Source: Gemmatales bacterium
Lineage (GTDB): Bacteria; Planctomycetota; Planctomycetia; Gemmatales; HRBIN36
DNA: 64,000 nucleotides
Assembly (NCBI GenBank): GCA_041640595.1
Contig: JBEPZY010000001.1
Coordinates: forward strand, 1,184,001 to 1,248,000
Direction: 5' to 3'
This document shows positions 9,989 through 21,939 of this stretch, in pieces. Numbering within the stretch: position 1 is the first letter of the stretch; each line of letters begins with the position of its first letter. The position numbers and the translations under genes are program-made. Under the pieces are notes generated by a model that did not search any database, was not told the origin of the DNA, and saw nothing but the letters and a program-made list of their open reading frames with translations.

Positions 9989-11253
9989 CCCGCATCACAT
10001 CTGTACCGGCAGCCCAGAAGAGCATGCTCCGCTCCTGGACACCTGAGACTTTGCGGGCGGAGTTTCCTATTCTGCTACGCCCGGTGCGGGGAAAGACGCT
10101 GCACTACCTGGATAACGCTGCCACCACCCAGAAACCGCGGGTTGTTATCGAGTCGCTGGTGCGGTATTATGAGGAATGGAACGCCAATGTGCATCGCGGC
10201 ATTCATTATCTAAGCGAACAGGCGACACATGCCTTCGAACAAACACGTACGACCGTGCAGCGGTTTATAGGTGCTCGTAGTTCGCGCGAGATCATCTTTA
10301 CACGCGGAACAACAGAAAGTATCAACCTCGTAGCCTGGTCGTTTAGTCGTCGCTTTATGCAGGCGGGTGACGAAATTATTATTACGCACTTGGAACATCA
10401 TTCTAATATCGTGCCCTGGCAGATGGTTTGTGAAGAGCGCGGTCTGAAGTTGCGTGTTGTTCCGTTGACACCGGAAGGAGAGTTAGACTGGAAAGTTTTC
10501 GAGCGTCTGCTGAGCCCGCGCACGCGACTGGTAGCCGTAGCGCATGTTTCTAATGTGCTTGGGACAGTAAATCCGGTGCAAAAAATTGCTGAGCTGGCCC
10601 ATGCTGCCGGAGCACGGGTTCTTGTAGATGGTGCACAAGCCGCACCGCATTTGCCGGTCAATGTCCAGGAGCTCGATTGCGACTTTTATGCGTTCTCAGC
10701 CCATAAGATGTATGGACCGACGGGCGTAGGCGTGCTTTACGGGAAAGAAGAATTATTAGAGGCTATGCCACCTTATCAAGGTGGTGGTGATATGATCGCT
10801 TCGGTAACCTTTGAAAAAACGACCTACAATGTGCTACCCTATAAGTTTGAAGCTGGCACGCCGAATATAGCGGACGTGGTTGCATTCAAGGCGGCTCTGG
10901 ATTTTCTGAATCAGCTGGGTATGGAAGAAGTAGCCGCCCAGGAGGAGAAGTTGATGGAGTATAGCTTACAAGCATTACGCGAGATACCCGGGTTGACTAT
11001 TTACGGCAATCCGGCATGGCGATGCGGTGCCATTGCTTTCAATTTAGACGGCGTCCATCCACACGATTTGGGAACTGTACTTGATCAGCAGGGTATCGCC
11101 ATACGCACAGGACATCACTGTGCCCAACCGTTAATGGAGTGGTTAGGAGTCCCAGCTACCGCACGGGCCTCGCTCGGCATTTACAATACTGCAGAAGATA
11201 TAGATGCCCTGGTTGCCGGATTGTACCAGGCCCGAGAATTTTTCCGCATGTGA
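9985..11253 (+). CDS. sufS: Cysteine desulfurase SufS
   Basis: 'YLDNAATTQKP', 'SAHKMYGPTG' (PLP lysine), 'RTGHHCAQP'. Confidence 0.98.
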   Translation: MTRITSVPAAQKSMLRSWTPETLRAEFPILLRPVRGKTLHYLDNAATTQKPRVVIESLVRYYEEWNANVHRGIHYLSEQATHAFEQTRTTVQRFIGARSSREIIFTRGTTESINLVAWSFSRRFMQAGDEIIITHLEHHSNIVPWQMVCEERGLKLRVVPLTPEGELDWKVFERLLSPRTRLVAVAHVSNVLGTVNPVQKIAELAHAAGARVLVDGAQAAPHLPVNVQELDCDFYAFSAHKMYGPTGVGVLYGKEELLEAMPPYQGGGDMIASVTFEKTTYNVLPYKFEAGTPNIADVVAFKAALDFLNQLGMEEVAAQEEKLMEYSLQALREIPGLTIYGNPAWRCGAIAFNLDGVHPHDLGTVLDQQGIAIRTGHHCAQPLMEWLGVPATARASLGIYNTAEDIDALVAGLYQAREFFRM

Positions 11254-11272
11254 AATCAGGATAGCCACTAAC

Positions 11273-11734
11273 ATGTCTGATTTGCGAGACCTTTATCAGG
11301 AGGTGATTCTCGATCACCAGAAGCATCCGCGAAACTTTCGGGTGCTTGCCGAGGCAACGCGGCGTCAGGAAGGATATAATCCCCTCTGCGGAGACCGCCT
11401 GACGCTGTATATAAAGCTAAGCAACAATCGTATCGAGGACATCGCTTTCCAGGGCAGTGGCTGTGCAATCTCTATGGCGTCTGCGTCGGTCATGACTGAG
11501 GCGGTAAAAGGCAAAACCGTAGAAGAAGCCGAGGCACTTTTTCACGCCTTCCATGAGCTCGTGACAGGCCAGGAATCTCCAGAAGCTGCGTCAGCCGCAC
11601 GGCCACCGCTAGGTAAACTGGCGGTTTTCTCCGGAGTGCGAGAATTTCCGGTACGGGTCAAATGCGCCACACTACCCTGGCACACCCTTCACGCTGCCCT
11701 GCAAGGCCGGCAGGAAACTGTTTCCACCGAATAA
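11273..11734 (+). CDS. sufU: SufU/NifU-like sulfur-transfer protein
   Basis: 'LYQEVILDH', 'NPLCGD', 'GCAISMASAS', 'RVKCATLPW'. Confidence 0.95.
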   Translation: MSDLRDLYQEVILDHQKHPRNFRVLAEATRRQEGYNPLCGDRLTLYIKLSNNRIEDIAFQGSGCAISMASASVMTEAVKGKTVEEAEALFHAFHELVTGQESPEAASAARPPLGKLAVFSGVREFPVRVKCATLPWHTLHAALQGRQETVSTE

Positions 11735-11795
11735 ATAAAATATCTCGCTATCTTGAAGTACGCAGCACTTTGATTGCTCCCGATGGGATATACCT

Positions 11796-12191
11796 ATGAG
11801 CAACAATGACAAGACACTAAATTCCCAGACTGACAGCGAAACTCAGGAATCGCACTGTGCAACACCGAGCGAACAAATAAATCACCTTGAACTAGAACAG
11901 CAGGTGATTCGCGTGTTGCGATCTATTTTCGACCCGGAAATACCCGTGAACATATATGATCTTGGGCTGATTTATAAGCTGGAGGTGCAGCCCACGGGGG
12001 AAGTTTATATCCGGATGACGCTCACATCACCGATGTGTCCGTCGGCTGCGACGCTTCCGTACGAAGTGGAGCAGAAGGTGCGTCAGGTACCTGGTGTCAA
12101 GGAAGTTAAGCTGGAGCTGGTCTGGGACCCGCCCTATCATCCCTCTATGATGTCTGACGCCGCGCGTATTCAGCTCGGATTTTTTGATTGA
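11796..12191 (+). CDS. sufT: SufT / DUF59 (MIP18) Fe-S assembly protein
   Basis: 'DPEIPVNIYDLGLIY', 'MTLTSPMCP', 'LVWDPP'. Confidence 0.92.
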   Translation: MSNNDKTLNSQTDSETQESHCATPSEQINHLELEQQVIRVLRSIFDPEIPVNIYDLGLIYKLEVQPTGEVYIRMTLTSPMCPSAATLPYEVEQKVRQVPGVKEVKLELVWDPPYHPSMMSDAARIQLGFFD

Positions 12192-12246
12192 ATTGCGTAA
12201 CTTCCGGTCACGTAGTCGCTAAATGGCGATCTAATCTCCAAGCTAC

Positions 12247-12924
12247 TTAGTCAGGCTGCGTTCGCGCACGACTAACCAGCAGATGCGCTAAGCGAGTTGG
12301 TTCAGGAACGCGGTAGCCGCGACAGCATTGCATTGTCCAGAAGATAGCCTGCTCCAGATCGAGACGATGTCCTATGGAAACATAAATCGGGCGAACATGA
12401 AGCCGGGTGCGTAAAACAGCGCCCACGATCTCCTCACAGTCGTAAAGAGGCACCCACGCACCAACCTGGTCGGGCACTTCGTCATGTTTGCCAATCAAGC
12501 GGCTTTTCGCACAACCGATTGTCGGGATGTCGAGAAGCACCCCTAAATGACAGGCAATGCCAAACCGGCGGGGGTGGGCATAACCATGTCCATCTATCAT
12601 CAGCAGGTCGGGTTGCCTGTGAAGATGTTGCCAGGCATGAAGGACGCCAGGGCTTTCTCGAAAGGATAATAGCCCGGGAACATAAGGAAACGATACCGGT
12701 TGTCGCACTACTTGTTGCTCGATTACCTGATTATGCTTACGGTCCCATATAACTATAGCCGCCACGAGATGACGGTCACTGCGAGTGTAAGCGACGTCCG
12801 CTCCGGCAACATAGCGGCAGGAATACAACTTACCGGCGAGTTGTACCCGGCTGGCCAGTTGCTTCTGCAAAGCGATGGCCTGCTGCGGCGTAAGTTCCCA
12901 GGAATGAACCTGTCCGGCGATCAT
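12247..12924 (-). CDS. nfi: Endonuclease V
   Basis: '[12 protein letters not shown]', '[17 protein letters not shown]', 'PIYVSIGH', 'YRVPEPTR'. Confidence 0.97.
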   Translation of the reverse strand: MIAGQVHSWELTPQQAIALQKQLASRVQLAGKLYSCRYVAGADVAYTRSDRHLVAAIVIWDRKHNQVIEQQVVRQPVSFPYVPGLLSFRESPGVLHAWQHLHRQPDLLMIDGHGYAHPRRFGIACHLGVLLDIPTIGCAKSRLIGKHDEVPDQVGAWVPLYDCEEIVGAVLRTRLHVRPIYVSIGHRLDLEQAIFWTMQCCRGYRVPEPTRLAHLLVSRARTQPD

Positions 12925-13985
12925 GCAGCTTGCAAGGCTAAACGCTTAGCTGTCTCTTGAATGATAATGGCTGCCTGTTCGGCTTGCGCTCGACTAACAT
13001 CCAGATGAGTAACTAAGCGGATACGCTGGGGGGAAACCGGTAGTACAAGAACGCGCTGTTCGGCCAGGGCGCGAGCAAAATCCGCCGCAGTACCTAATCT
13101 CGGATCAATGTCGGCATAGAGGATATTCGTTTCGATGTGCTGGGGAAACAAACGAAGCCCCGGGGTATTACGAATGGTTTGTGCCAGGATTTGGGCGTTT
13201 TGATGATCCTCGGCCAGGCGGTGGAAGTGGTGTTCGATCGCGTATAATGCAGCCGCTGCTAAGACACCGGCCTGACGCATGCCCCCGCCAAACAGCTTGC
13301 GGACACGCCGTGCCCGGCGGACAAAGTCTTTCGTACCGGCCAGTGCCGAGCCTACCGGAGCACCGAGTCCCTTGCTGAAACAGACCGAGACAGAATCGCA
13401 GGGTTCGGCCCAGTCCCGAAGCGGAATGCCGGTCGCGATAGCAGCATTCCACAATCGTGCCCCGTCAAGGTGCACGACCAGATTGTGGCGGTGTGCCCAA
13501 TTAGAAATACGGCGAATCGCCTCCAGTGGGAAAATGCTACCGCCACCGCGATTGTGTGTGTTCTCGATGCATACCAAGCGTGTACGCACCAGATGATCAT
13601 TATCCGGTCGAACTAACCCTTCGAGATGTTGCACATCGAAAATACCGCGTTCGCCCTCGATGGTGCGGCACATAACACCGCTAAGCACTGCCGGGCCGCC
13701 TGCTTCATAGTTGTACACATGGGAATTAACGTCGCATATTAGTTCGTCACCCGGCTGGGTGTGCACCTTGATGCAGATCTGGTTAGACATAGTACCCGAG
13801 GGCACGAAGAGCGCGGCTTCTTTACCTAATAACTCGGCAACGCGTTCTTCTAAACGTCGCACAGTGGGATCTTCACCGAAAACATCGTCGCCTACTTCCG
13901 CAGTAGCCATAGCCGCTCGCATGCCCGCGGTGGGACGGGTAACCGTATCGCTGCGCAGGTCAATTACCGATGTCGCTCGTCTCAT
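12921..13985 (-). CDS. ltaE: Low-specificity L-threonine aldolase
   Basis: 'DLRSDTVT', '[10 protein letters not shown]', '[10 protein letters not shown]', 'SKGLGAPVG'. Confidence 0.96.
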   Translation of the reverse strand: MRRATSVIDLRSDTVTRPTAGMRAAMATAEVGDDVFGEDPTVRRLEERVAELLGKEAALFVPSGTMSNQICIKVHTQPGDELICDVNSHVYNYEAGGPAVLSGVMCRTIEGERGIFDVQHLEGLVRPDNDHLVRTRLVCIENTHNRGGGSIFPLEAIRRISNWAHRHNLVVHLDGARLWNAAIATGIPLRDWAEPCDSVSVCFSKGLGAPVGSALAGTKDFVRRARRVRKLFGGGMRQAGVLAAAALYAIEHHFHRLAEDHQNAQILAQTIRNTPGLRLFPQHIETNILYADIDPRLGTAADFARALAEQRVLVLPVSPQRIRLVTHLDVSRAQAEQAAIIIQETAKRLALQAA

Positions 13986-14094
13986 ATTCACACCTCGTTT
14001 CCGGATAAGCACTTTGCCAGTGCGAATCTTTTGCTGTTATATAGAGCCAGAGCACAGATTGGCGATGCTGTGACAGTGAGCAGGCAGCGCGTTC

Positions 14095-14454
14095 TCACTC
14101 GTGTTCCGTCAAGGGACTCAAGCGCACGGCTGTTCCATAGCACAAAACTTCGGTGACACCCTGCATGAACTCCGTAGCATCGTAGCGCATGGCAATGATT
14201 GCGTCGGCACCGAGTTCCCGGGCGTGGTCTATCATGCGGGCAAAGGCTTGTTTGCGTGCTTCTTCGCACACCGTAACCCAGGTTTCGATGTTGCCGCCAA
14301 CGATGGATTTCAGTCCGCCAAGAAAGCCACGGGCAATTCCCGTGGAGCGAACGACTATGCCCCGCACAATGCCGAGGTACTCCGTGATAGTGTAACCTTC
14401 GACGTGGTTGCTGGTGGTAACGATCAAATAGCCTGGTTTGCCCCCTGCACTCAT
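14095..14454 (-). CDS. YbjQ/UPF0145 family protein
   Basis: 'LGIVRG', 'IVGG.I', 'GADAIIAMRYD', 'EVLCYGTAV'. Confidence 0.93.
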   Translation of the reverse strand: MSAGGKPGYLIVTTSNHVEGYTITEYLGIVRGIVVRSTGIARGFLGGLKSIVGGNIETWVTVCEEARKQAFARMIDHARELGADAIIAMRYDATEFMQGVTEVLCYGTAVRLSPLTEHE

Positions 14455-14576
14455 ACGTTGTGCCCTCAGTGGTAAGCATGCGAAGTTTTTCAGGCGTGAA
14501 TTAGTTTATATCAGAGGCTGGGAAACGGCAGTAGAATATCGTGGTCGGAGCATGTAGCACATTCCTGGGAGAACCA

Positions 14577-15707
14577 ATGGCTGGTAATACCTTCGGATTG
14601 CTCTTTCGCGTCACTACGGCCGGTGTCAGTCACGGCCCTGGCTATGTCTGCATCGTGGACGGCTGCCCGCCGGGATTACCTCTTTCCGAGCAAGATCTGC
14701 TGCCAGACCTGGCACGCCGACGGCCGGGCCAGTCGAAACTGGTGACGCAACGCGATGAGCCGGATTACCCGGAAATATGGTCTGGCGTCTTCGAGGGCAA
14801 AACCGACGGCACGCCGATTGCTATCTTGTTCCGTAATCAGGATCAGCGGAGCCAGGATTATAGCGAGTTGCGCGACAAATATCGTCCCGGACATGCGGAC
14901 TTCACTTACGATGCCAAGTATGGTTTTCGGGACTACCGCGGCGGTGGTCGGTCGAGTGCTCGTGAAACGATTTGCCGGGTTGCCGCCGGTGCGATTGCCA
15001 AAAAAATACTTGGACAACTCGGCATCCGCGTTGTCGGTTACGTGAAACAGATTGGCGACGTGGTGGCTAATGTAACCGACCCCGCCAGCGTTCGTCTGGA
15101 AGATGTAGAAGCCAACCCCGTGCGCTGCCCGGACCCAGTCGCTGCGGAACACATGATGGCCCTGATTGATCAGGTGCGCCGTGAACTGGATTCGATTGGC
15201 GGAGTGTGTGAAATTGTGGCCACCGGTGTGCCACCTGGACTGGGTGAACCGGTCTTCGACAAGCTGAAGGCCGACCTCGCCCACGCTTTTTTATCGCTGC
15301 CCGCGGTGACCGGGTTTGAATACGGTGCCGGTTTCGCCGTCGCCCGAATGCGTGGCAGCGAAAATAACGACGCCTTTATTCGCAAGCCGGACGGCCGCAT
15401 CGGCACCGAGACCAATCGGCACGGTGGTATCCTGGGCGGGATTTCTACTGGTGAGCCGATCGTGTGTCGGGTAGCGCTCAAACCGACTTCCAGCATTCCG
15501 CAACCTCAGCGCACCGTGACTCGAAACGGCGAACCGACCACGATCCTGGTCAAAGGCCGACATGATCCGTGCCTGTTGCCGCGTTTCGTGGTCATGGGTG
15601 AGGCAATGCTGGCCCTGGTCCTGGTGGATCACTGGTTGCGCTGGCGAGCCCAGTGTGGTAGCATCCCTTCTCTCGAAGTGCCTGCTGTCTTCCCCCATCG
15701 GACTTGA
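14577..15707 (+). CDS. aroC: Chorismate synthase
   Basis: 'GNTFG', 'SHG', 'RPGHADFTY', '[10 protein letters not shown]', '[10 protein letters not shown]', 'KPTSSI', 'GRHDPC'. Confidence 0.98.
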   Translation: MAGNTFGLLFRVTTAGVSHGPGYVCIVDGCPPGLPLSEQDLLPDLARRRPGQSKLVTQRDEPDYPEIWSGVFEGKTDGTPIAILFRNQDQRSQDYSELRDKYRPGHADFTYDAKYGFRDYRGGGRSSARETICRVAAGAIAKKILGQLGIRVVGYVKQIGDVVANVTDPASVRLEDVEANPVRCPDPVAAEHMMALIDQVRRELDSIGGVCEIVATGVPPGLGEPVFDKLKADLAHAFLSLPAVTGFEYGAGFAVARMRGSENNDAFIRKPDGRIGTETNRHGGILGGISTGEPIVCRVALKPTSSIPQPQRTVTRNGEPTTILVKGRHDPCLLPRFVVMGEAMLALVLVDHWLRWRAQCGSIPSLEVPAVFPHRT

Positions 15708-15718
15708 CCAAGGCCAGG

Positions 15719-16342
15719 CTAACGCGGTTCCTGGCTGTCATCCGGAAGATGAATGCGCAAGATACGCCGGGGACTTGCGACTGGCGGAGTTGCCGTCGGC
15801 TGATGCAACGGTAGCGGCTTCGCCGACAGAGCAGTGAACGCCTCGCCCGGCACTGCCGGCAGCTCAACAGCGTCCGACGCCAAATCATGCGGTTCCCGGA
15901 CGCGAATAGCGGAAGATGCCGGAAATCCAGGTGCTGTCACCGGTGCCGCTGGAACCAATGGTGGCGTCCCCGTCATTGCTGAACCAGGACTAACCGGTAC
16001 ATTTTGGACCGTTCTTATGGGATACACCAGACCGCCGGGGATAGCGTTAGAGTGCGTTGATGGCACTATCCGTGAACCCATAGCTGGTTCAATGGGGCTG
16101 CCAGGCGTGGTGTAGCCACTTATCACGGGACCTGTAATGCTCACGGGGCCTGTAGTTGTTGCAGCGTTACCTGGCCAGGGGCGCCAGCTGGTCGGGAAAT
16201 AACCATAATAGCCACCGAAAGAACTAAGTCGCGGAGCGGGAGCCGCTAAACCTAATTTTTCCCCTAGCTGTGCCCTTATCGCCTGCGGTGAGCCTAACAG
16301 CACCAATCCGGTCAGCCAGCAAGCGATTAGTAATCGCGCCAT
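15719..16342 (-). CDS. Secreted Pro-rich hypothetical protein
   Basis: GGAGG RBS, signal peptide, 'YYGYFPTSWRPWP' motif, then low-complexity tail. Confidence 0.7.
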   Translation of the reverse strand: MARLLIACWLTGLVLLGSPQAIRAQLGEKLGLAAPAPRLSSFGGYYGYFPTSWRPWPGNAATTTGPVSITGPVISGYTTPGSPIEPAMGSRIVPSTHSNAIPGGLVYPIRTVQNVPVSPGSAMTGTPPLVPAAPVTAPGFPASSAIRVREPHDLASDAVELPAVPGEAFTALSAKPLPLHQPTATPPVASPRRILRIHLPDDSQEPR

Positions 16343-16373
16343 CTTAACAGCCTCCCGAATTGCATCGAAGCGC

Positions 16374-16784
16374 TTAGCGATAAGGTATTGCCCACACTCT
16401 GCGAGTTGCCGCTGAGGAAACACTCGGCGTGGGCGAGATCGGCCCCTGACGTGGCCCGACATTAAAATACCAGCCGGTGTTCATGAAATAAGTTGGATGG
16501 CCGGTCGCAGGCATGGTCTCCTGCTGCTGCAAAATTTCCTGCTGTCGGCGAAGGTCGCCTAAACTAAGTTGCATCTGGCGAACGGTCTTTCGCATCTCTA
16601 ATTCCGGTCGCACCAGTGTAAAGTAGTTAAACCCGGGTCCGCCACCCCGACGCAGGAGGTTGAGATAAGGACTTACAGCAGGTGGCGAAGGGCGATTGTT
16701 CGGCACCTGCGCCATCGTGTCACTATGGGCAAGTTCAACCGCTGCGATAAGAAGGATGGCATTTCTTAGAAGTGTCCGCCTCAT
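16374..16784 (-). CDS. Secreted hypothetical protein, planctomycete type
   Basis: Signal peptide; 'PAVSPYLNLLR', 'NYFTLVRP', 'TGHPTYFMN'. Confidence 0.75.
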   Translation of the reverse strand: MRRTLLRNAILLIAAVELAHSDTMAQVPNNRPSPPAVSPYLNLLRRGGGPGFNYFTLVRPELEMRKTVRQMQLSLGDLRRQQEILQQQETMPATGHPTYFMNTGWYFNVGPRQGPISPTPSVSSAATRRVWAIPYR

Positions 16785-16858
16785 ATAAAGTTCCCCCTTA
16801 CATGGAGATTCGGTTGCCGATAAAAGTATAGCCGGGCGTCGCGTGGCAATGCAAGGTA

Positions 16859-17962
16859 TTAGAATCCAGTGCCGCTGGCGTTACGGTTATTACCATTGCC
16901 TACCGCACGAATAGTTGCGTTGCCTAGCAAGGTGACACCAAAGAGCCGTTCAATGGGGGTGAGGATTTTAGCCAGTGTATTATCCAGCGTGATCCAGTGA
17001 TCAGCCTGGACATAGATGCGATCGCCTGGCAATATCTGGTAATTAGTTGCCGTGCACCCGCGCATGGTGATGGCTTCCCAATTGACTGGCAAAATTTGTT
17101 CACCCCCTGCTTCCGGCGGTGCCGGGCGTGCGATCCAGATGTGTTTATTAGAGGCCTGGAAGGGTAACCCGTTCACCTTGGCAAGGGCATCTAAGACTGT
17201 CTCATTGCCGGTTATCGGCAAGGGGATAATTTGCTGACCATAACCACCGCCGTCGAAAATGACGTAATAGACTTTGCTGTTATAAGCGAGCACATCCACG
17301 GAAACTTCGGGATCCTGCAAAAATTTAGAAAGATGGCGTTCGATGGCGAGTTTAGCTTCGGCGAGGGTCATGCCGGCCACATAAACACTACCATAAGTGC
17401 CCAGGCCAATCGTGCCATCGGGCCGGACTAAGTGTTCGCCACGAATTTGCTGGAGTGCCCGCGATTCTGCCAAGCTCACGGTAACCCGCGGGTCTTTGAG
17501 AATCCTGCGAAGGTAAGATTCGATGGTCTGGCGAGCTTCTTCGAGGGTCTGACCGGCAACGCGAACCGAACCGTAACTTGGACCGAGCAGAATTGTCCCA
17601 TCCGGGTCCACACGGTACAACCCTGCAATAGGTTCATCCGGCAGCGTGCCTAACACCTGTATGAACAGCACATCCAGAGGCTCGATGCGATAGGGCGGCA
17701 ACGGAATGACCCGTACCGCGTCAATCAGCAAAATGTCCGGCGGCTCGATTACGTAGCTGGGCAACGACACTTTTTGCAGCTCGCGCGGCAGGTCGGGAAA
17801 AAACGGCTGGCTCATGCGAGTGTCAGCACAACCAACAAGCCACAGCGCTGCGCACATCAGGAGCGTTCCGGTTGCGCTTGGGCGCGACTGCAACCGAGAT
17901 TTTCTCCCAGGCGCCACTGGAATCGCGCAGCTAGTCGGACTGAAGCAAGCTGGCCCCGTCAT
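16859..17962 (-). CDS. Polysaccharide biosynthesis/export lipoprotein (Wza-like, duplicated Poly_export domain)
   Basis: Lipobox-like 'LVGC', 'YVIEPPDIL', two 'V.PDGTI.LG.YGSV.VAG.TL.EA' repeats, 'NYQILPGDRIYV'; start uncertain. Confidence 0.9.
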   Translation of the reverse strand: MTGPACFSPTSCAIPVAPGRKSRLQSRPSATGTLLMCAALWLVGCADTRMSQPFFPDLPRELQKVSLPSYVIEPPDILLIDAVRVIPLPPYRIEPLDVLFIQVLGTLPDEPIAGLYRVDPDGTILLGPSYGSVRVAGQTLEEARQTIESYLRRILKDPRVTVSLAESRALQQIRGEHLVRPDGTIGLGTYGSVYVAGMTLAEAKLAIERHLSKFLQDPEVSVDVLAYNSKVYYVIFDGGGYGQQIIPLPITGNETVLDALAKVNGLPFQASNKHIWIARPAPPEAGGEQILPVNWEAITMRGCTATNYQILPGDRIYVQADHWITLDNTLAKILTPIERLFGVTLLGNATIRAVGNGNNRNASGTGF

Positions 17963-18727
17963 GTCTCCCCGCGCAAAAAGCTGGCATGGATATAACCGGC
18001 TGGCCAGGAAATGCTAGTCCAGCTTTCACATCGCTAACGTTTGTGCAGCCGCAGTTTCGTTCAGTAAGCGGCCAGTCGAACCGCATCATGGAAGCGATCG
18101 CTGGCGTTCGCTCAAAAGCAAGTTCAGCCAAAGTCAGCGTTGCCGCGGTTCGGCGAAAGCAGGTTATTGCGGTTTGTCCGATACAACTTCGGGAAGGGTC
18201 AGCAATTCGCCGCGAGGTAAGTGGGCGGGTTGGATGACCTCAGCTATTGGCAGGCAAAACAGGTCGCGTTACAAAGGCTGGAAATGCTCGCCCCAACCGA
18301 AACCATCTCTGTCTTCTATCCACCAGCGGCAGGTTCCATGAGCTCGAAATGCTTGCACAAGGCAAAGATGGCTGGACAAGTTTACAGTTTTCGGTCGGTC
18401 CTGGCCGTGTTTTTCAGCGAGGCTGTTGTTCGAGGACAGGGGGCGATAACTCACGTGCCAACCGGACATTGTGAAACGTTGCCGAGTCAAGATCACCTGC
18501 CTACCGAGCCGAACAACTGGTCTCGTCAAGCCGATGGCTTTGTGATACAAGGGGCGAGCCGAATCGCTGACCCGCATCGCTCATAAGGCTTGCTGCTAAG
18601 GAAGTGCCCGGAAAAATTGGCAGCTTCGCGGCAAGGGCTGGTGAGCCCGCATAACCGCGTGAGGCAAACTACTTCGCCGGGGGTCAGCAAACTCGGTGTC
18701 GCCGCCAGGTGAGCGGCTAGCTAAACC

Positions 18728-20332
18728 ATGCGGGGCTGGCGGATCCGCCACAAACTGATTGCCGGGCTGACTCTCGTCGTCAGCTGCGTCGGGGTGTTAC
18801 TGACTGGCACCCTGTGGGGGTTATTTTCGTATCGCGCCACGATGAAAAGCATTGATAGCAAACTTGCCGAACTGCGTACCGCCCAGGAAGTGCAAGAGGC
18901 GGTGATGGCCCTGGCGGCACTGGCGGAAACCGAACAGGCCGTCACCATCTCGGAATTTGCCCGACGGCTCGAACAAGCCCGACAAGCGTTAGCAGCTTAC
19001 CAGCAGCAACTCGAATACAGCGTTGCCCTGGGTCGCGATCCGGATCGCGGCCAGGATGAACGCGATGTCGTGGATGCCTTCAGGGCACTGCTGGCAGAAT
19101 TGGACCAGCTAATCGGGCAGACGGAACCGGCGGTGATGAGCGTGGGAGGGGGCGAAGTTCGGCCACTGCAGGAAAAAGCCCTGACCGTTTTGCAACGGCT
19201 ACGCCAGCTAGCTCCGGAACTGCGGGAGGTAATTCATAGCGATCTGAACCGACGTATCCATGCGGCCCGGCACGATTATCGAAATAGCCTGCTGGCCGTG
19301 TCGCTTGCTTCCGGCCTGGCCGTGTTGCTGGTCTTAGCGCTGGGCTTGCTGGCTTACCGCTGGATCATGGCACCCATTCGTGAATTGCACCAGAAAGTCA
19401 TGCGATTGGCCCAGGGAAACTTCGACAGTCACATCTCGGTGCAGAGCCACGATGAAATGCGTGACCTGGCGCAGGCCTTCAATCACATGATAGACCGCCT
19501 GCGGGAGATTTACCGCGACCTGGAACGCCAGGTTCAGGAACGCAGCCGACAACTGGTGCGTTCGGAACGCCTGGCAGGCATTGGTTTCCTTGCCGCAGGC
19601 GTAGCCCACGAAATCAATAATCCGCTGGCCAGTATCGCCTTTTGCTGCGAAGCTCTGGAAAGACGCCTGACCGACCTGCTGGGCGACAAACAGGACCATC
19701 CTGATTACGCCACCGTTTTCCAGTACCTGCGGATGATGCAACAGGAGGCTTTCCGTTGCAAAAAGATCACGGAAAAGCTCCTGGAGTTCAGCCGCGTTGG
19801 TGAAAAGCATCGAGAAGTTACTGACCTGGCCGAACTCGTTCAATCGGTGCTGCAAATGGTGGAACACATGCCCCATCACAAAGGGAAAATCGTCCGCTTC
19901 GACATTCGCCATCGGCCGCGGGTGCTGGTGAACGCCCATGAAATCAAATCCGTGGTGCTCAACCTGGTGGTCAACGCCCTGGAAAGCATGGATGAAGGCG
20001 GGGAGCTGGTGATCACGCTGGACGCCGACCAGGACTGGGCAGTGATGACCTTCCGCGATACCGGTTGCGGCATGACACCCGAAGTGCTGGAAAACATCTT
20101 TGAGCCGTTCTTCACCCGCAGCCGCACCGGTAAGGGAACGGGGTTGGGTCTATCCATCACGCACCACATTGTAACGCAGCATGGCGGAGAAATCGAAGCC
20201 CACAGCGATGGCCCCAACCGCGGCAGCACGTTTACCGTGCGATTGCCACTTCGTGCCTCATTGGCAACGGAACCAGCGCGCGAGCCGAAAGTAACCAACT
20301 CACACTCGCCGCTCCTGGCTAAAGCGGCTTGA
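18728..20332 (+). CDS. Membrane sensor histidine kinase with HAMP domain
   Basis: Two TM helices, HAMP, H-box 'AHEINNPL', N-box 'NLVVNA', 'DTGCG', 'FEPFFT', 'GTGLGL'. Confidence 0.97.
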   Translation: MRGWRIRHKLIAGLTLVVSCVGVLLTGTLWGLFSYRATMKSIDSKLAELRTAQEVQEAVMALAALAETEQAVTISEFARRLEQARQALAAYQQQLEYSVALGRDPDRGQDERDVVDAFRALLAELDQLIGQTEPAVMSVGGGEVRPLQEKALTVLQRLRQLAPELREVIHSDLNRRIHAARHDYRNSLLAVSLASGLAVLLVLALGLLAYRWIMAPIRELHQKVMRLAQGNFDSHISVQSHDEMRDLAQAFNHMIDRLREIYRDLERQVQERSRQLVRSERLAGIGFLAAGVAHEINNPLASIAFCCEALERRLTDLLGDKQDHPDYATVFQYLRMMQQEAFRCKKITEKLLEFSRVGEKHREVTDLAELVQSVLQMVEHMPHHKGKIVRFDIRHRPRVLVNAHEIKSVVLNLVVNALESMDEGGELVITLDADQDWAVMTFRDTGCGMTPEVLENIFEPFFTRSRTGKGTGLGLSITHHIVTQHGGEIEAHSDGPNRGSTFTVRLPLRASLATEPAREPKVTNSHSPLLAKAA

Positions 20333-20357
20333 GGATGAACCGGAGAGGAGGTCAGTA

Positions 20358-21767
20358 GTGCAGGCGACAGCAACGCGACGCTTGCGCGTGCTTTTTGCCG
20401 ACGACGAACCCCACTTGCGAGAATTGCTCCAGACCGAATTGAGCCGCCTCGGACATTACGTTACGGTTTGTCCGGATGGCCCGAGTGCTCTCAAAGCCCT
20501 GGAAAAGGGGAGTTACGACGCGGCTATTCTGGATATTCGCATGCCCGGCATGAGCGGCCTGGAAGTGCTCATGCGGATGAAACAAATTGCACCCAATACC
20601 GAGGCGATTTTGCTGACCGGCCATGCCAGCCTGGAATCGGCGGTGGAAGCGTTGCGGCTGGGAGCGTTTGAATATATCACCAAGCCGTGCAAGCTGGCGG
20701 AAATCGAAGCGGTGTTACGCCGCATTGCCGAGAAAAAAGAACTCACCCTGCACAATCTCGCCTTGCAACGCCGCCTGCGCGCTGCCGAAGGGCCGACTGT
20801 GCTCATTGGCGAATCTCCGCCCATGCAGCAGGTGCGACGCCTGATTGCAACCATCGCCCCTACCGACGCCACGGTGCTGATTTTGGGAGAGACCGGCACC
20901 GGCAAGGAACTGGTGGCCCGCATCATCTACGAACAAAGCCGGCGTGCGGCTATGCCTTTTGTTCCGGTTAATTGTGGTGCTCTTTCGGAAAACCTGGTCG
21001 AGAGCGAACTCTTCGGACATCGCAAAGGCGCGTTCACCGGTGCCGACCGCGACCATAAGGGATTATTCGAGGTGGCCAACGGGGGTACCCTGTTTCTCGA
21101 TGAAGTGGCAGAGTTGAGCAAGCACATCCAGGTGAAACTGTTACGCTTTCTGGAATCGGGCGAGATTCGCCGCGTCGGTGAAACTGAACCGTTTCGCACG
21201 GACGTGCGGGTGCTGTGTGCCACCAACCGAGACCTGCGGCAGATGGTGGAACGCGAGGAATTTCGTGAGGACCTTTACTTCCGCATCAACACTTTCGAGA
21301 TTCATCTCCCACCGTTACGGGAGCGACGAGCGGATATTCCGGAGCTAGCCCGGCATCTTCTGGCGCGGGCAGCACGCAAACCGGTGGAACAGGTGGCGGA
21401 ATTGCTGCGTCCAGAAACACTTGACGCCTTGCTGGAGCACGATTGGCCTGGCAATGTTCGCGAACTGGCCAACGCCATGGAGCATGCCTGGATCGTTTCC
21501 GGTGGCGGGATGATTACTCCCGATCACCTGCCGCGGCACGTCGTGGAACGTGCTGCCGGGGTCAGTCTGGCCACAGTTCGACAGCACGGTCCTGGAGAAC
21601 CCCCGCAGCCACGCACCCTGCGCGAAGTGGAAATGGAACACGTGCTCCGCGTTCTGGAAAAACATGGCGGTAACAAACCCGCGGCCGCTGCTGAACTCGG
21701 CATCAGTCTGAAAACACTTTACAATAAACTGCATCAGCTCGAGGCCGAGCGCAAACAGGCGGGCTAG
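20358..21767 (+). CDS. sigma-54-dependent response regulator (NtrC family)
   Basis: Receiver domain, 'GETGTGKE', 'ESELFGH.KGAFTGA', 'WPGNVREL', Fis-type HTH. Confidence 0.97.
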   Translation: MQATATRRLRVLFADDEPHLRELLQTELSRLGHYVTVCPDGPSALKALEKGSYDAAILDIRMPGMSGLEVLMRMKQIAPNTEAILLTGHASLESAVEALRLGAFEYITKPCKLAEIEAVLRRIAEKKELTLHNLALQRRLRAAEGPTVLIGESPPMQQVRRLIATIAPTDATVLILGETGTGKELVARIIYEQSRRAAMPFVPVNCGALSENLVESELFGHRKGAFTGADRDHKGLFEVANGGTLFLDEVAELSKHIQVKLLRFLESGEIRRVGETEPFRTDVRVLCATNRDLRQMVEREEFREDLYFRINTFEIHLPPLRERRADIPELARHLLARAARKPVEQVAELLRPETLDALLEHDWPGNVRELANAMEHAWIVSGGGMITPDHLPRHVVERAAGVSLATVRQHGPGEPPQPRTLREVEMEHVLRVLEKHGGNKPAAAAELGISLKTLYNKLHQLEAERKQAG

Positions 21768-21939
21768 CCCATTTCCATGGGGCTATCAACCTAAAAGTCT
21801 GCCCAGCAACGACGGCACATACACGGAGCATCTGTCCAGCCTGTACGCCTCATCGCTCTTTTTGAGGACAGAGCGGTCAAACTTTTCGGGTTAGAAGACC
21901 GGCCAGCGACGGGCAACATTTTCCACAGGATACGTGGCC

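Noticed and set aside
18276..18366. GCT.GAAATGCT.GC repeat at ~65-bp spacing upstream of the wza-like gene
   Set aside because: Match too short to distinguish from chance by eye, although the period fits
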